Source: Salinivirgaceae bacterium (lineage in GTDB: Bacteria > Bacteroidota > Bacteroidia > Bacteroidales > SZUA-534). From it: 64,000 nt of DNA. The DNA is taken from positions 10,558-74,557 of the forward strand of contig JBAYKX010000023.1 in the NCBI GenBank assembly GCA_041664345.1, read 5' to 3'. Under the pieces are notes generated by a model that was given only the letters and a program-made list of their open reading frames with translations, was not told where the DNA came from and made no database searches. Shown piece by piece: positions 9,571 through 17,823 of this stretch; positions within the stretch are counted from its first letter, which is position 1, and each line of letters starts with the position of its first letter. The position numbers were made by a program, and so were the translations under genes.

Positions 9571-11898
9571 TTGAAAAAAATTCTAATTACCTTGAGTTTG
9601 ATGCTAAGTTTGGTAGCAACAAATGCAACGAAAGTTGACAGTTTATTGCATTTGATGAATCAAGCAACACTCAACCAAAAAACAGAATTGTACATTCAAT
9701 TATCGGAATGTTTTTTGAATGATAGCATTCCATTAGCATTGCAATACGCCCAAGAAGCATTGGTGGTTGCCACTCAATCAAAAAACACAATAATGCAAGC
9801 AGATGCATGGGTTGCTTTAGGCGAAGTTTACATTCACTCCAATAACTGTGACAGCGCCATCCATTTTTTTGATAAAGCAATTGATATTTATAAAAATGAG
9901 GAGGAAACTACGAAGTTTATTCAAGTTGGGATAAGGCAGAGTGAATGTATGAAGCAATTGGACAGATATGAAGACTCCAAAGAAGTATTAACTGGTTTAG
10001 TGGTTTTTGCACAAAAATGGAAAGAATATAAGCTGCTCAGTAAAATTTACGAACAGTTAGCTTATGCCTATTTCACTCAATCTGAGTTTGAAAAAACCAT
10101 TGAAATAGCATTGAAAAGACTTGAAATTGATAGTTTACTACAGGATAGTGTTGCCATAGCTGAAAATTACAACACCCTTTCGACTAATTTAAGAAAACTA
10201 GGCAAATATATTGAAGCCATAGCTTATGCTAAAAAGGCATTGGATATTTTTGAAAAGAAAATGAATAGCGAAGGATTAGCCAATACTTATTCTACGATGG
10301 GGAGTATTTATTACTACAATGACGACTATGACCAAGCCATCCGGCATTTTTTGAAATCGACCGAAATATGGGAAAAAAATGATCCAAACAACAGGTTAGC
10401 AGGAAATTACAATAATATTGGCAGTGTTTATATTGAGACGTTCAATTATGGAAAGGCACTGGAATATTATCAAAAAGCCTTGGTTCTTTACCGGAAGCAA
10501 AAGAAACGATATGTTGAAGCAATTCTTACGGGTAATATTGGGTTGGCTTATCAAGGATTAGGTAATTATACCAAAGCAATGGATTATTTTACCGAATCGC
10601 TGACATTGCAAACCCAAGTTGGGAATAAAGAAGGAGTGATACATGCACTTACGAATATTGCTGGTTTACATTACAGAATTGGGAATTTTGTTGAATCACA
10701 AAATAGATATTATAAGGCGTTGGAAATGGCTAAAGAGGGTGGCTTTAAGGCCGAAGAATTAAGTATTTACAAAGAATTAGCTGTTCTTGAAGAGGCTATG
10801 GGACATTTCGATAAAGCATTAGAAGCGCTAAAGGTTTACCAAGTGATAAAAGATACGTTGCAAAACCAGGAAGCCCGTACACAATTGAATGAATTTCAGG
10901 CACAGCTTGATTTGCAGGAACATAAAGCCGAAATAGTTATTTTGAACAAAGAAAATGAATTAGCGAATGTGATGGTAAAAAAACAACGGGTTTTCACTAT
11001 TTCGGTGGTATTGGTTACTTTTTTATTACTCATTTTAATAATCATAATCTCCTATGCGTTAAGGTTTAGCCGCAAAGCAAAACAGCTTCTTGAGATTCAA
11101 AACCATGAAATTGATAAACACAGAAACGAGATACAGATAAAAAACAAACAATTCACCGATAGCATTGAGTATGCTGGCCGGGTTCAAAAAGCCTTGTTTT
11201 CGCCTTGGGAAGATTTGAAGGGTTTTTTTGATGGATTGTTTATAATCTCAAAACCACAAAATATTGTGAGTGGCGATTTTTATTGGTATAAATATACTGG
11301 CAGTAAACTTTATTTTGCTTTAGCCGATTGCACCGGACATGGAGTTCCCGGAGCTTTTATGAGCGTGCTGGGCAATACCTTTTTAAATGAAGTGGTTGAT
11401 GATAATTGTGATAAACCGGCTAATCAGGTTTTGAATGAATTGAGGGAAAAAATAAAAGCATCGCTGCACCAAGAGGGGATGAAAGGAAACACCGATGGAA
11501 TGGATATTCTACTTTGTATTATTTCGCAAAACGACAGGATTTTGAGTTATTCTGGTGCCAATAACTCACTGTATTTAATCAGGAAAAATACCTTGATTGA
11601 GTATAAAGCGGATAAAATGACTATTTCGGTGAGCATGAAAGAATCTCCTTTTAATTCGGAAACAATAAATTTAGAACCGGGTGATCAGTTTTATCTTTCC
11701 AGCGATGGATATTACGACCAATTTGGAGGCAATAAAAATGAGAAAATAAGCCGTAACCGTTTTAAAGAGTGGTTAGTTCAAAATTGTGACAAGGCAATGA
11801 ATGAGCAAGGTAAAGAGCTGGAACAGTTTTTTGAAACATGGAAAAACAATCAAGAGCAAACTGACGATATGATGGTTATTGGGTTTCGGATTAAATAG
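9571..11898 (+). CDS. TPR-repeat, membrane-anchored SpoIIE/PP2C-family serine phosphatase
   Basis: TTG start with a signal-like N-terminus. A long run of TPR-like repeats, one TM helix (VFTISVVLVTFLLLILIIIISY), then a C-terminal SpoIIE domain (GDFYWY, ADCTGHGVPGA, DDMMVIG). Confidence 0.8.
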   Translation: MKKILITLSLMLSLVATNATKVDSLLHLMNQATLNQKTELYIQLSECFLNDSIPLALQYAQEALVVATQSKNTIMQADAWVALGEVYIHSNNCDSAIHFFDKAIDIYKNEEETTKFIQVGIRQSECMKQLDRYEDSKEVLTGLVVFAQKWKEYKLLSKIYEQLAYAYFTQSEFEKTIEIALKRLEIDSLLQDSVAIAENYNTLSTNLRKLGKYIEAIAYAKKALDIFEKKMNSEGLANTYSTMGSIYYYNDDYDQAIRHFLKSTEIWEKNDPNNRLAGNYNNIGSVYIETFNYGKALEYYQKALVLYRKQKKRYVEAILTGNIGLAYQGLGNYTKAMDYFTESLTLQTQVGNKEGVIHALTNIAGLHYRIGNFVESQNRYYKALEMAKEGGFKAEELSIYKELAVLEEAMGHFDKALEALKVYQVIKDTLQNQEARTQLNEFQAQLDLQEHKAEIVILNKENELANVMVKKQRVFTISVVLVTFLLLILIIIISYALRFSRKAKQLLEIQNHEIDKHRNEIQIKNKQFTDSIEYAGRVQKALFSPWEDLKGFFDGLFIISKPQNIVSGDFYWYKYTGSKLYFALADCTGHGVPGAFMSVLGNTFLNEVVDDNCDKPANQVLNELREKIKASLHQEGMKGNTDGMDILLCIISQNDRILSYSGANNSLYLIRKNTLIEYKADKMTISVSMKESPFNSETINLEPGDQFYLSSDGYYDQFGGNKNEKISRNRFKEWLVQNCDKAMNEQGKELEQFFETWKNNQEQTDDMMVIGFRIK

Positions 11899-11906
11899 AA
11901 TAAGCA

Positions 11907-14366
11907 ATGTTTTCGTATAACATTCAAGATATTTCTACTATAGTTGGCGGTGAATTGATTAAAGCATCGGGCGGCAAGATTTCGTATTTACTCATCGATA
12001 GCCGAAAGATTCTTTACCCCAGGGAAAGCCTATTTATTGCTTTACGGGGAACCCGAAACGATGGGCATCTGTTTATTGATGACTTATACAAAGCAGGAGT
12101 CAGGAATTATTTAGTTGAGGAATATCCAAAAGACAAGGAAGTTTATTCGCGGGCAAACTTTGTTAAGGTGGAAAATTCCTTTGAAGCCATGCAAAAACTG
12201 GTTATGTGGCACCGGTCATCCATTAAAGTTCCAGTGCTTGGAATTACGGGTAGCAACGGGAAAACAATTATAAAAGAATGGATTTACCAATGCTTGAGTC
12301 CCGAAAAATACGTAATCAGGAACCCAAAAAGTTTTAACAGTCAGGTTGGAGTTCCCCTTTCGGTATGGCACCTTACTCCAGAGGCCGACTTAGGAATTTT
12401 TGAAGCGGGAATTTCGCAACCCGGCGAAATGGAAGTTTTGCAACAAATAATTCAACCTACCATTGGTATTTTCACGAATATTGGTGATGCACATCAGGAA
12501 AATTTTAATTCGCTGGAGCAAAAGATTGATGAAAAACTCAAGCTTTTTTCAAAGGTAAAAGCCTTAATTTACTGCTCCGATCAAGAATTGGTACATTCCA
12601 AAATTGAGCCGTTAAGCAAAAAAGGAATCCAGCTTTTTTCATGGGGCGTATCCTTTAAGGCCAATCTACAAATAAGGCAAATAGTGCATCAACAAAACCA
12701 AACGGTAATTACCGGATCCCATAAAAATGACAATCTATCAATAACGATTCCTTTTACCGATAAGGCTTCGGTTGAAAATGCCATTCATACCTGGTGTTTT
12801 ATGTTATTGATGGGCTATTCAAATGATTTTATTTCGTTTAAGCTCAGTAAACTCGAAAATGTGGCCATGAGGCTGGAGCTTAAAGAAGGGAGCAATCAAT
12901 GCACCATTATTAACGATAGTTATAATTCCGACTTAGAATCGTTGCACATTGCCCTCGATTTTTTATCGTACCAGAACCAACACAAACAAAAGGTTCTCAT
13001 ATTATCGGATATTGCGCAAAGCGGATATCCTAAAAATGAGTTGTACCAATTAGTAGCCAATGTAGTGCGACAAAAAAAGATTGACCGGTTGATTGGTATT
13101 GGTAACGATATTAGTGAATTTAGAACCTTGTTTGAGACGCGTAAAGAATTCTACCCCACAACCAAAGCATATTTGGAAACCAACGAATGGCAAAAATTGC
13201 ATGATTGTACCATATTACTCAAGGGAGCGCGGGTTTTTGCATTTGAGCAAATTGGGCAATTGCTTCAGAAACAAAACCACCGGACCATTTTTGAAATTGA
13301 CCTGAATGCCATTGAATACAACATCAATTATTTTAAGAAACTACTTCGTCCGGCTACTGGAATTATAGCTATGCTCAAAGCATCCGGTTATGGAAGTGGA
13401 ACCCACGAAATCGCCAATTTGTGCCAGTATCAGAGGGTTGCGGCCATTGCCGTAGCTTTTCCCGATGAAGGAATAGAACTCCGACAACATGGAATTAAAA
13501 CTCCAATTTGGGTAATGAACCCCGAAGAAGAGAGTTTTGCCGGAATGATTGAAAATAAGCTGGAACCCCAGATTTATAATTTACGGTCGTTGATTGAGTT
13601 TAATAAAATGGCCGGACAGTATGCAACAAAACCTTTTCCCATTCATATAAAATTAGATACCGGTATGCACCGATCCGGTTTCTTAAAAGAAGATTTGAAT
13701 GAATTGTTGAATATTTTGCAGCAATCGGAACATGTGAAAGTAGCCACCCTATTTTCCCATTTAGCATCAGCCGATGAGCCGGAACAAGATGAATTTACCC
13801 TGGGTCAAATTAAACTTTTTGAGCAAATGAGCCAGGCTATAATGCAACAATTCAACTATCCAATTAAAAGGCATATTTTAAACTCTGCTGGAGTTGAACG
13901 GTTTGCTGAACATCAGTTTGATATGGTGCGGTTGGGCATTGGAATGTATGGTATTAGTTCAATTAATGCCCAATTGGCTCAGGCCGGAACCCTTACTAGT
14001 TCAATTATTCAGCTTAAGAAGATAGTAAAAGGGCAAACAGTTGGCTATTCCCGAAAAGGAAAAGTCACGGTTGACTCAGTAATTGCTACCGTTCCTGTGG
14101 GTTATGCCGACGGATTGCGGCGTATTTTAAGCAATGGGGTTGGAAAAGTATGGATTAACGGACGTTTGGCACCTATAATTGGAAATGTTTGTATGGATAT
14201 GTGCATGATTGATGTTACCGGGTTGGATGTTAATGAGGGCGACCGGATTGAGATATTTGGGAAACACTTGCCGGTAAACCAATTGGCGGAGTGGATGCAA
14301 ACCATTCCTTACGAAGTTTTAACAGGAATTTCAAGTCGGGTTAAACGGACTTATCATACAGAATAA
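11907..14366 (+). CDS. murF: Bifunctional UDP-MurNAc-pentapeptide synthetase (MurF) / alanine racemase (Alr) fusion
   Basis: The N-terminal half has the Mur ligase P-loop GITGSNGKT. The C-terminal half has the alanine racemase PLP region (AMLKASGYGSG) and VPVGYADG. One uninterrupted 819-codon ORF. Confidence 0.85.
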   Translation: MFSYNIQDISTIVGGELIKASGGKISYLLIDSRKILYPRESLFIALRGTRNDGHLFIDDLYKAGVRNYLVEEYPKDKEVYSRANFVKVENSFEAMQKLVMWHRSSIKVPVLGITGSNGKTIIKEWIYQCLSPEKYVIRNPKSFNSQVGVPLSVWHLTPEADLGIFEAGISQPGEMEVLQQIIQPTIGIFTNIGDAHQENFNSLEQKIDEKLKLFSKVKALIYCSDQELVHSKIEPLSKKGIQLFSWGVSFKANLQIRQIVHQQNQTVITGSHKNDNLSITIPFTDKASVENAIHTWCFMLLMGYSNDFISFKLSKLENVAMRLELKEGSNQCTIINDSYNSDLESLHIALDFLSYQNQHKQKVLILSDIAQSGYPKNELYQLVANVVRQKKIDRLIGIGNDISEFRTLFETRKEFYPTTKAYLETNEWQKLHDCTILLKGARVFAFEQIGQLLQKQNHRTIFEIDLNAIEYNINYFKKLLRPATGIIAMLKASGYGSGTHEIANLCQYQRVAAIAVAFPDEGIELRQHGIKTPIWVMNPEEESFAGMIENKLEPQIYNLRSLIEFNKMAGQYATKPFPIHIKLDTGMHRSGFLKEDLNELLNILQQSEHVKVATLFSHLASADEPEQDEFTLGQIKLFEQMSQAIMQQFNYPIKRHILNSAGVERFAEHQFDMVRLGIGMYGISSINAQLAQAGTLTSSIIQLKKIVKGQTVGYSRKGKVTVDSVIATVPVGYADGLRRILSNGVGKVWINGRLAPIIGNVCMDMCMIDVTGLDVNEGDRIEIFGKHLPVNQLAEWMQTIPYEVLTGISSRVKRTYHTE

Positions 14367-15103
14367 TGCTTATAAAAACAACCAATGATGCCATGGGGCT
14401 TGCCCTTGTTGATTTTATGCAAAAGGGAAAAGCAAAAAAACTGTTTATTGATTCCAATATCGCGGAAACTGATGTGATTCCTGTGGAGTATTTATTTAGA
14501 GATTTTTCTGAGATGCCTCCCATTGAGCAAGTTGCTTTGAATAATTGCCATGGAAAAGTGCTCGATGTTGGCGCAGCTGCTGGATCGCATAGTTTGTGGT
14601 TGCAAAAAAACGGATTTCGGGTAACGGCTATGGATATTTCGGAGTTGGCTTGCCAAGTAATGAAGCAACGGGGAATTGAAGAAGTGTCGCTGGCCGATTT
14701 TTTTGAATACCAAAACCAACATAAGTTCAACACGTTACTGTTTTTAATGAACGGAATTGGTATTTGTGGCCAATTGGAAAATCTGCCTAATTTTTTTAAT
14801 CAATGTAAAAATCTGTTGGCCGAAGGGGGTCAATTACTCATCGATTCGTCGGATTTAATTTACATGTATGGCGACGAGGAAGAAGGGTATGTTATTGATT
14901 TAAATGATTCCTATTATGGCGAAGTGGAATACGTTATGCGTTACGGAAAAATTAAAAGTCCACCGTTCAATTGGTTGTTCGTTGATGCGAACACGCTTAC
15001 TGAATATGCGAATCAGGCTGGTTTTACCTGCGATATATTGGTTGAGGGAAATCACTTTGATTATTTAGCGCGGCTGACTTTAAAAAAGGTTTCATTGGGA
15101 TAG
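14366..15103 (+). CDS. Class I SAM-dependent methyltransferase
   Basis: SAM motif I VLDVGAAAGSHS. The start overlaps the murF-alr stop (ATAATG). Confidence 0.7.
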   Translation: MLIKTTNDAMGLALVDFMQKGKAKKLFIDSNIAETDVIPVEYLFRDFSEMPPIEQVALNNCHGKVLDVGAAAGSHSLWLQKNGFRVTAMDISELACQVMKQRGIEEVSLADFFEYQNQHKFNTLLFLMNGIGICGQLENLPNFFNQCKNLLAEGGQLLIDSSDLIYMYGDEEEGYVIDLNDSYYGEVEYVMRYGKIKSPPFNWLFVDANTLTEYANQAGFTCDILVEGNHFDYLARLTLKKVSLG

Positions 15104-15330
15104 AATGATACTGATTGCAAGATTTCAAAAAAAAGAGGACCGTTGGCTAATTCTTTTTTAGAAGGGATGAGTATATCTAAATTCTTACCAAATATTCCCC
15201 AGATTCAATTTCAGGATTGCTATCTTGTCGAATCTTAGATAAGAACGTTGCGGTGGCCTGATAAAACTGCGGGCTGGCGGTAGGGTGAACCCCTCATGCA
15301 CCTGTATATGCAATAATTAACTTACTGTTT

Positions 15331-15455
15331 GGAAGAGCGGGTGTTGAAACTTGCAGCGCCCCTGAGCTATCTCCGAGTCATTGGGGCAGGCCGCTGCAAG
15401 AAATTGAAAACTGGAATAATGGCAAAGGTGAATATATGGAAAATGGGAAAATGAG
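15331..15455 (+). repeat. Family C intergenic element, variant core with nested hairpin plus GG-rich short repeats
   Basis: Perfect 9-bp inverted repeat cttgcagcg (15350-15358) / cgctgcaag (15392-15400) enclosing an inner gcccc...ggggc pair. This is followed by aaattgaaaactgg and ggaaaatgggaaaatgagg, as in the other family C loci. Confidence 0.6.
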
Positions 15456-15527
15456 GATTTTTTTGATATTTTGCAACGTGATAACCAGCGACAAATATAT
15501 ATACAACAAAACAACTATTTTTTTTAA

Positions 15528-17330
15528 ATGAACCCTACTCAAATAGAAACCTACCGGAAGCGGATTGATCAGTTTGCCATTGAATTGAAAACTGCCAAAC
15601 AAAGACATGCTCTTGTTTCCATCATTCGGTTATTTTGTATTATTGGAATTTTAGTTTCGTGGTTTTGGGTGTTTACAATCAATCCCTGGTTGGGTTCATT
15701 TTTAGGAAATTTTTTAATTGTCCTATTCCTCATTTTGCTTAAAGTTCATAAAACAATTGAAGAAAAACGGGACTTCCTAATCCAATTGATTGAAATTAAC
15801 CAAAAAGAACTGGATTGCTGCCAAGGGATATTTAGCCAATTTGAAGGAGGAGAGGAATTTGTTGATACCAACCATCCGTATTCTTACGATATGGATTTAT
15901 TTGGTGCCGGGTCATTGTTCCAATACATTAACCGCACTGTCACAAATAAGGGCAAGGAGCTTTTGGCCAATTGGCTTCAGAATATACCCTTGGATGAAAC
16001 AACAATTTTGAAAAACCAAAAAGCTATAAGGGAACTTGTTCCACAACTTTCGTTTCGTCAAAAGTTCAGGGCTTATGGAAAAGTATTTCAAACAAAGGCT
16101 GAAGACGAGAGTATGGTTCATCGTTGGATGTTTCTCCCTTCGTTTTTTAAACGGGCAAAGGTTGCTTCAACAATACTTTGGATAGTACCTGCAATTAATA
16201 TTTGTATTTTAATCCTCGCTATTTTTGGTTTTATAGGATGGTCAGTTTTTACAGTTACCATCATTGTTAACTTAGCAATTGTCGGAAGTCGCTTAAAGCA
16301 ATTCAATGAGGCTTATGCGCTGCTCACCAAAAGTCACGGCAGCTTAAAACGAATGGAGCAATTGTTGCTTCTGGTAGAATCGCTGAACCCTGAATGCAGG
16401 TTGAGTAAAGAGTTGTTAAGCCTTTTACATAAAAACCAAATACCGGCAAGTCGTCAAATTAATAAGTTAACAAAACTTTTAGATGGACTTGATAACCGGA
16501 ATAATATTTTGATAGGAATACTGCTAAATTCCTTATTATTATGGGATTGGCAATACCTTTTTAGGATAGAAAAATGGGCTCAAAGCCACCGAACCGATTA
16601 CGATAATTGGATTTATACCATAGGATATTTTGACGCTTTGAATTGCTTGGCTAATTTTTCATTCAACAATTCCGATTTTACCTTTCCGGAAATAGTGCCT
16701 GTTGGATTCCAACTGAGTGCTGTTGAAATGGGTCATCCTTTATTACTCAAAGAAGATAGAATCTGCAACAATTTTGACCTTTCCGGACAGCCCAGGTATG
16801 CCATTGTTACGGGTGCTAATATGGCCGGCAAAAGCACTTTTTTAAGAACTGTGGGAGTAAATCTGATTTTAGCCGGATGTGGAGCCCCGGTTTGCGCCAA
16901 AGAATTTAAAGTTACTCCGCTGCCCTTGTATTCAAGTATGCGAACGGAAGATTCGTTGATGAAACATGAATCGTATTTTTATGCCGAACTTAAGCGATTG
17001 CAGCGCATTGTTCATGAGTTGGATAAAGGCCGTAAATTATTTATTGTTTTGGATGAAATTTTGCGGGGCACCAATTCTGAGGACAAGCGCAAAGGTTCCA
17101 TTGGGTTTGTAAAAAAGATTACCGAAAAAATGGCTTATGGTTTGGTGGCTACCCACGACTTGGAGCTGGCAAAATTGGCCGAACAACTGCCGCAACTATT
17201 TACTGCAATATGCTTCGAAGTAACTCTAAATAACAATGAATTGGAATTCGATTATAAGCTGCAGCCGGGAGTTACACAAAATATGAATGCTTCCTTTTTA
17301 ATGCAACGGATGGGGATTATTGATATATGA
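15528..17330 (+). CDS. MutS-related ATPase (MutS domain V only) with N-terminal transmembrane segments
   Basis: C-terminal Walker A GANMAGKSTFLRTVG, Walker B FIVLDEILRGTN, and ATHD. The N-terminal part has several hydrophobic helices. No mismatch-binding domain is recognisable. Confidence 0.8.
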   Translation: MNPTQIETYRKRIDQFAIELKTAKQRHALVSIIRLFCIIGILVSWFWVFTINPWLGSFLGNFLIVLFLILLKVHKTIEEKRDFLIQLIEINQKELDCCQGIFSQFEGGEEFVDTNHPYSYDMDLFGAGSLFQYINRTVTNKGKELLANWLQNIPLDETTILKNQKAIRELVPQLSFRQKFRAYGKVFQTKAEDESMVHRWMFLPSFFKRAKVASTILWIVPAINICILILAIFGFIGWSVFTVTIIVNLAIVGSRLKQFNEAYALLTKSHGSLKRMEQLLLLVESLNPECRLSKELLSLLHKNQIPASRQINKLTKLLDGLDNRNNILIGILLNSLLLWDWQYLFRIEKWAQSHRTDYDNWIYTIGYFDALNCLANFSFNNSDFTFPEIVPVGFQLSAVEMGHPLLLKEDRICNNFDLSGQPRYAIVTGANMAGKSTFLRTVGVNLILAGCGAPVCAKEFKVTPLPLYSSMRTEDSLMKHESYFYAELKRLQRIVHELDKGRKLFIVLDEILRGTNSEDKRKGSIGFVKKITEKMAYGLVATHDLELAKLAEQLPQLFTAICFEVTLNNNELEFDYKLQPGVTQNMNASFLMQRMGIIDI

Positions 17331-17333
17331 GTA

Positions 17334-17566
17334 GGGAACTTGCAGCGCCTGCTGCGAGAGATTGGAAAACTGGGATGATTGGAAAATGGGAAAGGGTTGC
17401 CAGGTTACAAGGCTGCAGGGTAGAAAGGTAGCAGGGTTACAAGGTAACAAGGGAACAAGGTGGCCGGGTTACAGGGTTACAAGGTGGGAAATTAGGAACG
17501 TTGGAACTTGCAGCGCCTGCTGCGAGACAAGCTGCTGCGAGAGATTGGAAAATTGGAGCAATGAAC
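17334..17566 (+). repeat. Family C intergenic element: two direct hairpin cores bracketing a degenerate octamer array
   Basis: Cores lie at 17335-17373 and 17503-17556 (ggaacttgcagcgcctgctgcgagagattggaaaaytgg). Between them are 8-nt units ttacaagg ctgcaggg tagaaagg tagcaggg ttacaagg taacaagg gaacaagg tggccggg ttacaggg ttacaagg. Confidence 0.7.
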
Positions 17567-17606
17567 ATAAAAAATACCCACCCCAGTAAATTTCAAGAAC
17601 CTACCG

Positions 17607-17788
17607 CAGGGAAATCGCTTTTAAGAATTTCAATTTTAAACACGCTTTTTCGGCGCATGGTTTTTCACAATTTCAATTAAACTGTAGTGCTTGCGCCGAT
17701 TTTATACCGCAAATTCATATACCCCGAGTTGAAACTCGGGACTATTCATATTAAATCCCTCCGGGATTTCTTAAAAGCGAATTCCCTG
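17607..17788 (+). mobile_element. MITE-like element, family A, copy 1 (182 bp)
   Basis: Terminal inverted repeat cagggaaatcgcttttaagaa / ttcttaaaagcgaattccctg with 1 mismatch. Flanked by a perfect 10-bp direct repeat gaacctaccg (17597-17606 and 17789-17798). No ORF. A second copy is inverted at 50110-50293. Confidence 0.8.
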
Positions 17789-17823
17789 GAACCTACCGGG
17801 ATGGGGATTATTGAATAGGGAAC

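Noticed and set aside
17362-17589. 75-aa ORF (MENWDDWKMGKGCQVTRLQG...)
   Set aside because: It is a translation of the octamer/hairpin-core repeat element. Its periodic amino-acid pattern merely mirrors the 8-nt repeat, and it has no start context or homology.
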